A stretch of 59,915 nucleotides of DNA, the filler included. It is 6 parts of 6 records of this genome, joined end to end, with 100 filler letters (N's around TTAATTAATTAA, not from the genome) between each part and the next. Parts side by side here need not be neighbours in the genome. Positions count along the whole stretch, not along the records: positions 18,908 to 26,401 come from DRR723986_25158; positions 26,502 to 40,402 come from DRR723986_25160; 4 more parts are not named here. One strand, 5' to 3'. Shown one piece after another: positions 18,909 to 30,281 of the stretch. The position numbers were made by a program, and so were the translations under genes. Each line of letters begins with the position of its first letter. The stretch's first letter is position 1. The notes under the pieces were generated by a model. That model saw only the letters and a program-made list of their open reading frames with translations. It made no database searches and was not told the origin of the DNA.

Positions 18909-20234
18909 ATGCAGTTCAACATGTATCACAGCTATACCGTGGACGAGCATACGATTCAGTGCATCACCACGTTGGCACAGATCGAACGCGGCGAGTTGAT
19001 TGAGGAGCTGCCGCTCGCGTCAGGCATTCTCAAAGATGGAGTAAACCGCAAGGTTCTTTATGCCGCGTTGCTGTTGCATGATATAGGCAAGGGCCGGCCC
19101 GAAGATCATTCGATCCTTGGCGCAAAGATCACCCGCAAAGTAGCGCCCCGCCTTGGTTTGACCAAATCAGAGGCCGAAACCGCTGAATGGCTTGTACGTT
19201 ACCACCTGCTGATGTCCGACATGGCACAAAAGCGGGACATTTCAGACCCGCGCACAGTGCGCGGCTTTGCCAAGGCTGTGCAAACTGTCAAACGGTTGGA
19301 TTTGCTGACTGTTCTGACGGTCTGTGACATTCGTGGCGTTGGGCCAGACACGTGGAACAACTGGAAGGCAACGCTGTTGCGGGCGCTGCACAGTGAAACC
19401 AAACGCGCGCTAGAAACTGGGATGGAAGATCTGAACCGTGAAAACCGCGGAACAGAAGCGAAAAAGGCCCTGCGCAAGGCTTTGCCCGAGTGGAGCAAAG
19501 CACAGCTCAAGCAAGAAACATCCCGCCACTATGCGCCTTATTGGCAGGGTCTGCATGTCAGCGCCCATGTTGATTTCGCCGAAATGCTGCAAGAGCTGGA
19601 AGCAAACGGAGACCCGAGCGAGATCTTGATCCGGTTGCACCCGGACGAGGATCGCGATGCCACCAGCGCCTTTTTTGCGATGGGTGACCATCCGGGCATT
19701 TTCGCACGTGTCGCTGGGGCGCTGGCGTTGGTCGGGGCCAATGTTGTGGATGCGCGCAGTTATACAACCAAAGACGGCTACGTGACCGATGCCTTTTGGA
19801 TTCAAGACGACGACGGACGCCCGTTCGAGGCGTCACGCCTGCCCCGTCTGACGCAAATGATCACCAAAACCTTACAGGGTGAAGTTGTCGCCCGCGATGC
19901 GTTCAAATCCCGGGACAAAATCAAGAAACGGGAACGGGCCTTTAACGTGCCGACCCATATCACTTTTGATAACGAAGGTTCCGAAATCTATACGATTATC
20001 GAGGTTGATACACGCGACCGTCCTGGCTTGCTCCATGATCTTGCACGCGCCTTAGCCGCAACCAACGTGTACATCGCAAATGCGGTGATCGCGACATACG
20101 GCGAACAGGTCGTCGACACCTTTTACGTCAAGGATATGTTCGGGTTGAAATATTATTCCGAAAGCAAACAACGCACCCTTGAAACAAAACTGCGGGCCGC
20201 GATTACCGAGGGCGCAAAGCGCGCAAACACATGA
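18909..20234 (+). CDS. glnD: [Protein-PII] uridylyltransferase, C-terminal part (HD + 2 ACT domains)
   Basis: MQFNMYHSYTVDEH, LLHDIGKGR..DHS, DRPGLL, ATYGEQVVDTFYV; 5' part is lost at the contig edge. Confidence 0.96.
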   Translation: MQFNMYHSYTVDEHTIQCITTLAQIERGELIEELPLASGILKDGVNRKVLYAALLLHDIGKGRPEDHSILGAKITRKVAPRLGLTKSEAETAEWLVRYHLLMSDMAQKRDISDPRTVRGFAKAVQTVKRLDLLTVLTVCDIRGVGPDTWNNWKATLLRALHSETKRALETGMEDLNRENRGTEAKKALRKALPEWSKAQLKQETSRHYAPYWQGLHVSAHVDFAEMLQELEANGDPSEILIRLHPDEDRDATSAFFAMGDHPGIFARVAGALALVGANVVDARSYTTKDGYVTDAFWIQDDDGRPFEASRLPRLTQMITKTLQGEVVARDAFKSRDKIKKRERAFNVPTHITFDNEGSEIYTIIEVDTRDRPGLLHDLARALAATNVYIANAVIATYGEQVVDTFYVKDMFGLKYYSESKQRTLETKLRAAITEGAKRANT

Positions 20235-21775
20235 AGCCTGCCCGTTTGATGTCAGGGTTTCTGACGGTTGGATTCTGGACTTTAGCCAGTCGTGTGCTGG
20301 GGTTTGTTCGGGAAATTCTGATCACGGCCTACATTGGGCCCGGTCCGGTCATGGACGCCTTTGTCGCCGCCTTTCGCTTGCCGAACATGTTTCGCCGCTT
20401 TTTCGCCGAAGGGGCGTTTAACGCTGCTTTTGTGCCGATGTTTTCCAAAAAGCTGGAATCCGGGGACGAGCCAGAGCGCTTTGCAAATAACGCGTTCAAT
20501 GTGTTGGGCATGGCCGTGCTTGTGCTGGTTGGATTGGGCATGGTTGCTATGCCTGCTCTGGTCTGGATCACTGCAAAAGGGTTCCACGGGGATGCCCGTT
20601 TTGATCTGACGGTTGGGTTTGGCTACGTCGTCTTTCCCTACATTTTTTTCATGTCACTCGCCGCCCTGTTTTCAGGGGTCCTGAATTCAAGCAATCGTTT
20701 CGCAGCGGCAGCGGCGGCGCCTGTGCTGCTTAATATCTTCGCCTGTTCAGCCATGATTGCAGGGGCTGCCTTGGGGGGGCAGGTGATTGATTGGTTGATT
20801 TGGACCATCCCCGTGGCAGGCGTTGCGCAGCTCGGACTGGTTTGGGTTGCAACGGAACGGGCCGGAATACGCATTCGCCCCGCGCGGCCCCGCTGGACGC
20901 CAGAGATGTCCAAGCTGGTCAAGATCGCAGTCCCTGCTGCGTTGGCCTCTGGGGTTATGCAGATCAATCTGGTGGTCGGGCAACTGGTTGCGTCGGGCAC
21001 AGAAAAGGCCGTGAGCTGGCTGTTTGTGGCCGACCGGCTGTACCAATTGCCCTTGGGTGTGGTTGGCATTGCCGTTGGCATCGTTTTGCTGCCCGACCTG
21101 TCGCGGCGATTGCGGGCCGGCGATGATGCCGGTGCCCGCGACGCCTATTCCCGCGCGGGCGAATTTGCCCTGCTGCTGACAATCCCGTCAGCAGTGGCAT
21201 TTCTGGTTATCCCCCTGCCATTGGTATCGGTCTTATACGAGCGGGGCGCGACCACATCTGATGACGTTGCCGCCATCGCTTTGGCCGTTGCGATTTACGG
21301 CGTGGGTCTACCTGCGTTCGTACTGCAAAAACTGCTGCAACCGCTGTATTTTGCCCGCGAGGATACGCGATCCCCTTTCCGGTTCGCTGTGTTTTCCATG
21401 ATTGTGAATGCCGGGCTGGCCGTAGGTTTGCACCCCGTTCTTGGCTGGATTGCCCCTGCGATTGCCGCCAGCCTGTCCGGCTGGGCCATGGTCGCGATGC
21501 TCATGTGGGGCGCCCGCCCGATGGGCGATGTTGCGAGATTTGATAGCCGGTTCAAACAGCGTGTTTGGCGCATCACCGTGGCCGCTGCCGTCATGGGGGC
21601 GGGCCTTGCCGGTCTGTCAGCGATGGGGGCGGAAATGCTTGTCACAAGCGGATTGCGGTATCTGGCACTGACCTTGCTGATTATCTTGGGCGCGATCATC
21701 TATTTCGCCACGGGGCAGATGATCGGCGCCTTTCACCTTTCGGAATTCAAGCAAGCCTTGCGGCGTGGGCGCTAG
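20231..21775 (+). CDS. murJ: Lipid II flippase MurJ
   Basis: SRVLGFVRE, AFRLPNMFRRFFAEGAF, ADRLYQLPLG. Confidence 0.96.
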   Translation: MKPARLMSGFLTVGFWTLASRVLGFVREILITAYIGPGPVMDAFVAAFRLPNMFRRFFAEGAFNAAFVPMFSKKLESGDEPERFANNAFNVLGMAVLVLVGLGMVAMPALVWITAKGFHGDARFDLTVGFGYVVFPYIFFMSLAALFSGVLNSSNRFAAAAAAPVLLNIFACSAMIAGAALGGQVIDWLIWTIPVAGVAQLGLVWVATERAGIRIRPARPRWTPEMSKLVKIAVPAALASGVMQINLVVGQLVASGTEKAVSWLFVADRLYQLPLGVVGIAVGIVLLPDLSRRLRAGDDAGARDAYSRAGEFALLLTIPSAVAFLVIPLPLVSVLYERGATTSDDVAAIALAVAIYGVGLPAFVLQKLLQPLYFAREDTRSPFRFAVFSMIVNAGLAVGLHPVLGWIAPAIAASLSGWAMVAMLMWGARPMGDVARFDSRFKQRVWRITVAAAVMGAGLAGLSAMGAEMLVTSGLRYLALTLLIILGAIIYFATGQMIGAFHLSEFKQALRRGR

Positions 21776-21778
21776 GCC

Positions 21779-22465
21779 TTAGTCCCGCTGCATCATTCTG
21801 CGCAGGCGGGCCCAACCGCCGGGCGCGAGTAGAAACGACAACCCGAACCCGGTTGCAAACCCGCCCAGATCCGCGACCCAATCTTTGGTGCCGCCAAACA
21901 ACAGGCCAAAAATCAGCTGTATGCCCATCAAAAACGCGATGAGGGTAAAGGCGCGGCTTTGGTGTTCACCTACGAGGGATAGCTTGACCCACAGCAAGAA
22001 CGTAAAAGCGCCGATCAGCCCGTAGACAGCGGGAAACCCACCGACCAGCGGATAAGAATCGCTAACCACCACGGCGTAGGCCAGTGCGCCCCCAGTGCCC
22101 GATAAAACAAAGATCACCAACATGGCGACACCACCAAACACTTCGGCCACCATTTTGCCCATCGCCAAGACAAACACACAGACGAACAGCGCCTGTGTGA
22201 AAGAGGCATGAACAAAGGGATAGGTGACGAACCGCATCACATGTTCCAACGGCCAGCGGCCCGTTTCCCACATCCAGTGCACGATATCGCTGGAGAACGA
22301 ATAGGTCTGGATCGCCGACAAACGCCACCCAACGGCGCTGGCGTCACCCACCAATCCGCGTGCACCCAATGTAAAGATAAACTCGATCCCCATAATAAAT
22401 AGGAACAGGGCCACCACCACGGGGGGCAGAGGATTGACTGCGGGGGGATTGGACGGACTGCTCAT
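21779..22465 (-). CDS. Rhomboid-family intramembrane protein
   Basis: RFVTYPFVH and multiple TM segments; usual Rhodobacteraceae position between murJ and trpS. Confidence 0.8.
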   Translation of the reverse strand: MSSPSNPPAVNPLPPVVVALFLFIMGIEFIFTLGARGLVGDASAVGWRLSAIQTYSFSSDIVHWMWETGRWPLEHVMRFVTYPFVHASFTQALFVCVFVLAMGKMVAEVFGGVAMLVIFVLSGTGGALAYAVVVSDSYPLVGGFPAVYGLIGAFTFLLWVKLSLVGEHQSRAFTLIAFLMGIQLIFGLLFGGTKDWVADLGGFATGFGLSFLLAPGGWARLRRMMQRD

Positions 22466-22567
22466 GGCCTCGGCTCCTGACTGGTCTATGTCGACGCCGC
22501 CTGTTGACGTCTCTTGACCCCATGGGTAAGCGACATGAGCCTATTATTCCAGACGGGAGTTGTCGCC

Positions 22568-23593
22568 ATGACCGAGACCCAATTCACGCCGCGCGTGTTT
22601 TCCGGCATCCAGCCTTCGGGGGACCTGCACCTGGGTAACTACCTTGGTGCCTTGAAGCGTTTTGTCGACTGGCAAAGCAAAGATGTCGAGACGGTCTATT
22701 GTATGGTCGATCTCCACGCGATTACGGTCTGGCAAGACCCCAAGGATCTGATGCATTCGACCCGTGAATTGTGCGCTGGGTTTATTGCGGCGGGCATTGA
22801 TCCCGAGAAGTCGATCCTGATCAACCAAAGCCAGGTTCCCGAGCATGCCCAATTGGCGTGGATCTTTAACTGTGTCGCTCGCATGGGTTGGATGCAGCGG
22901 ATGACCCAGTTCAAAGACAAAGCAGGTAAGAATGCGCAGAATGCTTCGCTTGGTCTGTTTGCTTATCCTGCCCTGATGGCGGCGGACATTCTGATCTACC
23001 ACGCGACCCATGTACCTGTGGGCGAAGATCAGAAACAGCATCTTGAATTGACCCGGGATATCGCGGCCAAATTCAACCACGACTACGGCGTTGATTTCTT
23101 TCCGATGACCGAGCCGGTTATCGAAGGAGCCGCGACACGGGTTATGTCGTTGCGCGACGGCTCCAAGAAGATGTCCAAGTCAGATCCTTCTGATGCGAGC
23201 CGGATCAACATGACGGACGATGCGGATGCCATTGCCAAGAAGATCCGCAAAGCCAAAACCGACCCTGACGCCTTGCCGTCCGAGGCCAAAGGTTTGGAGG
23301 AGCGCCCCGAAGCGCGCAATCTGGTCAACATCTATGCGGCCCTGAATGATCAAACCGTGGATCAGGTTTTGGCCGACGTTGGTGGCAAACAGTTTGGTGA
23401 ATTCAAACCCATGCTGGCCGATCTGGCAGTTGCCAAGATGGCGCCGATCTCGACCGAGATGGCTCGTCTGATGAACGACACAACTGAGATTGACCGCATT
23501 TTGACACGCGGGTCTGAACGGGCGCGGGAAATCACATCGCCAATCTTGCGCAAAACATACGACATCGTTGGGATGATCCCGCCCGTCGTCTGA
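22568..23593 (+). CDS. trpS: Tryptophan--tRNA ligase
   Basis: [42 protein letters not shown]. Confidence 0.98.
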   Translation: MTETQFTPRVFSGIQPSGDLHLGNYLGALKRFVDWQSKDVETVYCMVDLHAITVWQDPKDLMHSTRELCAGFIAAGIDPEKSILINQSQVPEHAQLAWIFNCVARMGWMQRMTQFKDKAGKNAQNASLGLFAYPALMAADILIYHATHVPVGEDQKQHLELTRDIAAKFNHDYGVDFFPMTEPVIEGAATRVMSLRDGSKKMSKSDPSDASRINMTDDADAIAKKIRKAKTDPDALPSEAKGLEERPEARNLVNIYAALNDQTVDQVLADVGGKQFGEFKPMLADLAVAKMAPISTEMARLMNDTTEIDRILTRGSERAREITSPILRKTYDIVGMIPPVV

Positions 23594-23720
23594 TCACACA
23601 GTGATGCAATTTATGAACCGGCCCTGCATCAGCTTGGGCCGGTTTTGCATCTGAAAGGGTATGGACTTCTGACCCTTTTGGGCGCACCTTCTGCCCCGTG
23701 GCATTGAGGGAGAGCAAGTC

Positions 23721-24584
23721 ATGGCAACTGGCACAAACATCCGAACTTATTTCGAAGGCAGCTGGCACGAAGGCAACGCCCCGATCATGCGGGCGGCGGA
23801 CCACGGATCCTGGCTTGGCTCCAGCGTGTTTGATGGGGCTCGTTTTTTTGACGGTCTCACCCCGGATCTAGACGCGCATTGTGCCCGGACGAACCGCTCT
23901 GCCGAGGCTTTGATGCTGACGCCAACTGTTACGACTGACGAGATGGTTGAGATCGCGCTTGAGGGTCTCAAAGCCTATCGGCCCGAAGACGCTGTTTACA
24001 TTCGACCGATGTATTGGGGCATTGATGGGGACCCAACGGCCATTGTTCCAAAAGCTGACTCAACTGGCTTTGCGCTCTGCTTGGAACAGATCCCGATGGC
24101 CCCAGCAACCGCATCGGCAACGCTGACGACAACGCGGTTTCGCCGCCCTGTCATCGAAGATGCCGTGGTGAATGCCAAGGCCGGGTGTCTGTACCCAAAC
24201 AATGCCCGGATGTTGAAAGAAGCCAAATCCAAAGGTTTCGCCAACGCGCTGGTTGCGGATGCGATGGGGAACGTGGCGGAAACCGCCACCGCTAACATCT
24301 TTATGGTGAAAGACGGCGAAGTATTTACCCCGATCCCAAATGGCACGTTCTTGGCAGGTATCACCCGCGCGCGTCACATCGCAAACCTGCGGGCAGACGG
24401 TGTTAAAGTCCATGAGTCCGTGCTGAGCTTTGCGGATTTCCATGCGGCGGATGAGATTTTCATGTCCGGTAACATGAACAAAGTGACCCCGGTGACCGCG
24501 CTGGACGATACACAATTTCAGATTGGCCCTATCGCGAAACGCGCGCGCACGCTTTACTGGGATTGGGCCGCATCCGCCAGCTAA
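23721..24584 (+). CDS. Class IV aminotransferase (branched-chain/D-amino acid type)
   Basis: VFDGAR, YIRP, AKAGCLYPN, ETATANIF, FLAGITR. Confidence 0.9.
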   Translation: MATGTNIRTYFEGSWHEGNAPIMRAADHGSWLGSSVFDGARFFDGLTPDLDAHCARTNRSAEALMLTPTVTTDEMVEIALEGLKAYRPEDAVYIRPMYWGIDGDPTAIVPKADSTGFALCLEQIPMAPATASATLTTTRFRRPVIEDAVVNAKAGCLYPNNARMLKEAKSKGFANALVADAMGNVAETATANIFMVKDGEVFTPIPNGTFLAGITRARHIANLRADGVKVHESVLSFADFHAADEIFMSGNMNKVTPVTALDDTQFQIGPIAKRARTLYWDWAASAS

Positions 24585-24665
24585 CCCTCTGGGACATCAT
24601 AAAACCCCATTGGTTGCCAGTTGCTGCGCCGTGATGCATGATCCGGTGAAAGAGGAAAGATAACC

Positions 24666-25121
24666 ATGCGTAAGTTTCTTGTCGTCCTGGATGACAGCCG
24701 CGAGTGTTTGAACGCGATGCGTTTCGCTGCGTTGCGGGCGTCTCATACAGGGGGCGGCGTGGCCATTTTGTCGATCATCCCGCCAGATGAATTTAACCAT
24801 TGGATTGGCGTTGGCGAAGTCATGCGGGAAGAAACCCGCGAACGAATCCATGCCCATTTCGAAGTTTTTGCCAAGTGGATGCGCGATAAGCAGCATGTTG
24901 AGCCAGAGCTAATCATTCGAGAGGGCGAAGCTGTTTCTGAAATCATCGCTCAGGTGCAGGAAGACAAAGAAATTGGTGTTCTTGTTCTGGGTGCTGGAAC
25001 TGACAAAAAGGGCCCCGGACCACTGATCACTCAGCTGAGCCGCGCCTCTGGTTCGCTACCGATTCCCTTTACCATTGTTCCCGGCGATCTGAGCAAGGAA
25101 CAATTGGAAGCAATTACCTGA
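24666..25121 (+). CDS. Universal stress protein
   Basis: MRKFLVVLDDS..LVLGA..GPGPL..IPFTIVPG. Confidence 0.9.
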   Translation: MRKFLVVLDDSRECLNAMRFAALRASHTGGGVAILSIIPPDEFNHWIGVGEVMREETRERIHAHFEVFAKWMRDKQHVEPELIIREGEAVSEIIAQVQEDKEIGVLVLGAGTDKKGPGPLITQLSRASGSLPIPFTIVPGDLSKEQLEAIT

Positions 25122-25129
25122 GGCAAACA

Positions 25130-25723
25130 ATGGCTGGGCGTCTTCAATTCTGGTTCGAATTCGCCTCGACCTATTCTTATCTCAGCGCCATGCGCATCGA
25201 AGAGGCTGCCACAGCACGCGGAATAACCGTTGAGTGGCAGCCTTTTTTGTTGGGGCCTATTTTCGCGGCTCAGGGCTGGAACTCTTCTCCATTCAATCTC
25301 TATCCCGCTAAGGGTCGGTATATGTGGCGGGATATGGAGCGGCTTTGTCTGTCGCGTGGGTTGCCGTTTCATCCCCCTGATCCCTTTCCGCAAAATGGAT
25401 TGAAAGCCGCCCGTTTGGCTTTGGTGGCACGGGACGCCGGGGCTGCAGCTGCGTTTGTGAAAGCCGTTTATCGTGCTGAATTTGAATTGGGTCAGGATAT
25501 CTCTGACCCGGTGATTTTAGCTGACTGTTGGTCAGTGGCCGGGTTATCAGTCGACCTTATGGATCGCGCCAATGATTCAGTGATCAAATCTGCCCTGTTT
25601 GAACAAACCGCAAAGGCGCAAGCGCTGGATCTGTTCGGCGCGCCCAGCTTTGTCGCAAGTGGGGAATTGTTTTGGGGTGATGACCGCCTCGATGAGGCCT
25701 TGAACTGGGCGGCGTCAATTTAG
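25130..25723 (+). CDS. 2-hydroxychromene-2-carboxylate isomerase / DsbA-like protein
   Basis: FWFEFASTYSYL, W.PFLLGPIF, FGAPSF..ELFWGDDRL. Confidence 0.9.
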   Translation: MAGRLQFWFEFASTYSYLSAMRIEEAATARGITVEWQPFLLGPIFAAQGWNSSPFNLYPAKGRYMWRDMERLCLSRGLPFHPPDPFPQNGLKAARLALVARDAGAAAAFVKAVYRAEFELGQDISDPVILADCWSVAGLSVDLMDRANDSVIKSALFEQTAKAQALDLFGAPSFVASGELFWGDDRLDEALNWAASI

Positions 25724-25791
25724 AACCGTTCCAATTATTGACTTCCTGAGGTCTTGGCCGCATATCAATACCAAGCATCACGGAGACTCAC

Positions 25792-26355
25792 ATGTTCATC
25801 CAGACCGAATCTACGCCAAACCCAGCAACTTTGAAATTCCTGCCCGGACAGACTGTCATGGAAATTGGAACTGCTGATTTTCCAACCTCAGACGCGGCTG
25901 CGGCATCTCCGCTGGCGACTCGCATCTTTGCGGTAAATGGCGTTGCTGGCGTTTTCTTTGGCAATGACTTTGTAACCGTGACCAAAACAGACACCGTTGA
26001 ATGGGACCATATCAAGCCTGCTATTTTGGGCGCTGTCATGGAGCATTACCAATCCGGTCAGGCCTTGATGGCGGATGATGCGAAAACTAGTTCCGGACAT
26101 GCTGAGCATACTGGTGAAGACGCTGAAATCGTTGGACAAATCAAAGAACTTCTGGACAGCCGTGTGCGTCCGGCGGTGGCCCAAGACGGTGGCGACATCA
26201 CCTTTCACGGCTTTGATCGCGGCGTGGTTTACCTGCACATGCAAGGCGCCTGCGCGGGTTGCCCCTCTTCGACACTGACGTTGAAGATGGGCATTGAAAA
26301 TCTTTTGCGTCACTACATACCCGAAGTAACCGAGGTACGCCCCGTTGCAGTCTGA
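25792..26355 (+). CDS. NifU/NfuA-family Fe-S carrier
   Basis: MFIQTESTPNPATLKFLPG, VRPAVAQDGGDI, GACAGCPSS. Confidence 0.95.
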   Translation: MFIQTESTPNPATLKFLPGQTVMEIGTADFPTSDAAAASPLATRIFAVNGVAGVFFGNDFVTVTKTDTVEWDHIKPAILGAVMEHYQSGQALMADDAKTSSGHAEHTGEDAEIVGQIKELLDSRVRPAVAQDGGDITFHGFDRGVVYLHMQGACAGCPSSTLTLKMGIENLLRHYIPEVTEVRPVAV

Positions 26356-26401
26356 TCAAATCATTCTGGCATTCGACACATCGGCCGCGCATTGCGCGGC
26401 C
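26345..26401 (+). CDS. tsaB: tRNA t6A biosynthesis protein TsaB, N-terminal fragment
   Basis: TTG start, QSDQIILAFDTSAAHCAA; typical position after nifU; cut by contig end. Confidence 0.75.
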
Positions 26402-26501
26402 NNNNNNNNNNNNNNNNNNNNNNNNNNNNNNNNNNNNNNNNNNNNTTAATTAATTAANNNNNNNNNNNNNNNNNNNNNNNNNNNNNNNNNNNNNNNNNNN
26501 N
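26402..26501. other. Artificial contig spacer
   Basis: N run with TTAATTAATTAA. Confidence 0.99.
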
Positions 26502-29500
26502 ACCGTGGCGGCACCTTTACCGACATCGTCGGCAGGTCACCGGACGGCACGCTGCATCCGCACAAGGTGCTCTCCGAAAATCCGGAAGCCTATCGCGATG
26601 CCGCCATTCAAGGCATCCGGGAGTTGCTTGGCGTGGAAAAAGGCGCGGCTATTCCCTCGGACAAGATCGCGACCGTCAAGATGGGCACGACCGTTGCCAC
26701 CAATGCACTTCTGGAGCGCAAGGGTGAACGAACAGCTCTTTTCATCACGAAAGGCTTTCGGGATGCCCTCGAGATCGGTTACCAGGCGCGACCGCATATT
26801 TTTGCCAAGGAAATCATAAAGCCTGAGCTGCTCTATGAGAGCGTCCACGAGATCGTCGAACGTGTCCGCGCTGATGGCGAACTGGAACTCGCGCTGGACG
26901 AAGGACAGGCCCGAAGTGCAATGCAGGCCGCATGGGATGACGGCATTCGCTCCATCGCAATCGTGCTGATGCACGCTTACGCCTATCCGGCCCATGAACA
27001 ACTTCTGAAAAAGATTGCTGAAGACATCGGCTTCCCGCAGATCTCGGTGTCCCATGAAGTGTCACCGCTGATGAAGCTGGTGGGACGCGGCGACACCACT
27101 GTGGTCGACGCCTATCTGTCACCCATCCTGCGCCGCTATGTGAACCAGGTACAGGAAGAACTGGGCGAAGGTCCGCGGCTGATGTTCATGCAGTCTTCTG
27201 GTGGCCTCACCGCAGCCGATCTGTTCCAGGGCAAGGACGCAATCCTGTCCGGCCCGGCCGGAGGTGTTGTCGGCGCAGTCGAGACCTCACGCATGGCGGG
27301 GTTCGAAAAGATCATCGGATTTGACATGGGCGGCACGTCTACAGACGTCTGCCACTACGACGGCGACTACGAACGCGCATTCGAAACGGAAGTCGCCGGT
27401 GTGCGCATGCGCGCTCCGATGATGATGATCCATACGGTTGCAGCCGGCGGCGGTTCGATCCTTCATTATGCAGACGGCCGCTTTCAGGTGGGCCCCGATT
27501 CAGCCGGGGCAAATCCGGGACCGGCCTGTTACCGACGCGGTGGGCCTCTCACCGTTACCGACGCCAACCTGATGACAGGCAAATTGGCACCGGAATTCTT
27601 TCCGAAGATCTTTGGCCCGGACCAGAATCAGCCGCTTGACGGCGATGTAGTTCGCAAACGTTTCACGGATCTGGCTGTGCGCATTGGCGATGGACGCACC
27701 CCGGAAGATGTTGCAGACGGCTTCTTGAAAATCGCCGTCGAGAACATGGCCAATGCCATCAAGAAGATTTCGGTCCAACGCGGCTACGACGTGACCGAAT
27801 ACGCGTTGACCTGCTTCGGTGGCGCTGGTGGCCAGACCGGCTGCCGCGTTGCTGACAGTCTTGGCATGAAGACCGTCATTCTGCACCCGTTCTCGGGCAT
27901 CCTGTCGGCATACGGCATGGGACTGGCTGATATCCGCGCAGACCGGCAACAGGCCGTCGTCAAGACACTTACGGACGATTTGATCCCTGAACTGCAGGCT
28001 CTTCGTGATCAGCTTGCCAGCCAGACGGAAGCGGAACTCGACAGGCAGTCGATCACTGCCGCCGCGCGCCGCACGACCGCAACCGCGCATTTGCGTTACG
28101 ACGGCACGGACACGCCGCTACCGGTCCCCCTCGGGTCCGTCTCTGAAATGCGGGCAGCCTTCGAGGATGCACACAAGAAACAGTTCGGCTTTGCCTATGA
28201 GAAAAAGCCGGTCGTCGTTGAAGCACTGGAAGTCGAAACGGCCGGTGGCGGCGCCGGTCTCACCGAGCCGGATCTGACATTGGCCACAGGGACGCCCTCC
28301 CCGGCAACCTCCACAAGCATTTACTCCGAAGGCACCTGGCACAAGGCCGGTATCTTCAAACGCGAAGTGCTGAAACCGGGCATGAAGGTGACCGGACCTG
28401 CGGTGATCATCGAACCACATGCCACGATCGCGGTTGAAGACGGCTGGCAGGCAGAGATCAATTCAAAGGATCACGTGATCCTGAAGCGTATCGTGCCGTT
28501 GAAACGCGCAGAAGCCATTGGAACGCACGCTGACCCCGTCATGCTCGAAGTGTTCAACAACCTGTTCATGTCTATCGCGGAACAGATGGGGGTCACCCTT
28601 CAGAACACCGCATACTCGGTCAACATCAAGGAACGTCTTGATTTCTCTTGTGCCGTCTTCGACGCAGATGGCGCCCTGGTTGCCAACGCACCACACATGC
28701 CGGTTCATCTGGGGTCCATGGACCGTTCGGTGGAAACGGTCATCAAGCTCAACAAGGGCAAGATCAAGCCGGGCGACGTGTTTGCATTGAACGCCCCATA
28801 CAACGGTGGCACGCACTTACCGGATATCACAGTTGTGTCGCCGGTCTTCGATGATGAAGGCAAGGAGATCCTTTTCTGGTCGGCGTCCCGTGGCCACCAT
28901 GCTGATGTCGGCGGCTCCGCCCCTGGCTCCATGACGCCGCGCGCGACCAACGTGGACGAGGAAGGTGTTCTGTTCGACAACTTCAAGATCGTCGACGAAG
29001 GACGTTTCTGCGAACAGGAACTGGTTGAGCTTCTGACCAACCATCCCTACCCCGCCCGCAACCCGCATCAGAACGTCGCCGATCTGTCCGCACAGATCGC
29101 GGCAAACGAAAAGGGTATCCAGGAACTTCGGAAGATGGTCACCCATTTCGGACTGGACGTGGTCCAGGCCTATATGGGGCACGTCCAGGACAACGCGGAA
29201 GAAAGCGTTCGCCGCGTGATCGAGGCGCTGAAGGACTCCGAATACGAGTACCCGACTGACCAGGGCTCTGTAATCAAGGTCAAGATTACCGTCGACAAAT
29301 CAAAGCGCGAGGCAACGGTCGACTTTACCGGGACCTCGGGCGTCAAGCCGAACAACTTCAATGCGCCGGAACCTGTGACCCGTGCGGCAATCCTTTATTG
29401 CTTCCGGGTGATGGTAGACGGCGACATTCCGATGAACGCCGGCTGTCTCAAACCGATCAACATCATCATTCCGGATGACTGCATGTTGCGGCCTTCCTAT

Positions 29501-30058
29501 CCGGCTGCGGTCGTGGCGGGCAACGTGGAAACGTCCCAGCATGTCACCAATGCCGTCTTCGCAGCTCTTGGTGCCATGGCCAATGCCCAGGGAACGATGA
29601 ACAACCTGACATTTGGCAACAACACGTATCAGTACTATGAAACCATCTGTTCCGGCTCGCCGGCAGGGCCTGGCTTCAATGGTACGGATGGTGTCCATAC
29701 CCACATGACCAACTCCCGGCTAACCGACCCAGAAGTATTGGAGTTCCGTTTCCCGGTTCTCCTGGAGGATTTCCACATCCGCAAGGGGTCCGGTGGCAAA
29801 GGCAAGTGGTCAGCGGGTGACGGCACCAAGCGGACCTTGCGGTTCCTTGAGAAAATGGACTGTGCGATCCTGGCGTCCCACCGTACTGTTCCGCCGAAAG
29901 GATTGGACGGTGGCAGCGACGGCGAACTCGGCCGCACCGAAGTTCGGCGGCTGAATGGCGAGATCCAACAACTGGAGGGCTGTGATCAGACGGTTCTCGA
30001 GGCAGGAGAAGCGGTCACCGTTATCACGCCCACAGCGGGCGGTTGGGGCCACGCCTGA
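26502..30058 (+). CDS. Fused hydantoinase A/B / 5-oxoprolinase (5' end cut)
   Basis: Frame opens with [64 protein letters not shown]. Confidence 0.95.
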
Positions 30059-30080
30059 TCCAAATTCCAATAGATCGAAG

Positions 30081-30118
30081 AAAAAGAACGGCCACCTGAT
30101 TGGGTGGCCGTTTTTTTT
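30081..30118 (+). terminator. Intrinsic terminator
   Basis: AACGGCCACC-loop-GGTGGCCGTT followed by a T run. Confidence 0.85.
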
Positions 30119-30281
30119 GTTATCTCGCTGCAGATATGCACATCGTCAATTCTACCTATACGAGAATTATTCTTTCTCTCAGGGATAAAGTTTACCGTTT
30201 TTTCAATCTGAGTCCGCCTAAACTGACACAACCTCAACTCTGGCGCTGCCTATGGCGCTGAGAAACTCGGGCTTTTGAGAA

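Noticed and set aside
21779-22465. Rhomboid lacking an obvious catalytic Ser/His (GGFPAVYG, WVADLGG)
   Set aside because: As far as I recall this is the ordinary conserved form in Rhodobacteraceae at this locus, so it is not specific to this window.
27810-27845. Oxoprolinase motif GGAGGQTGC instead of the usual GGAGGQHAC
   Set aside because: A single local variation with all other motifs intact; no basis for a functional claim.
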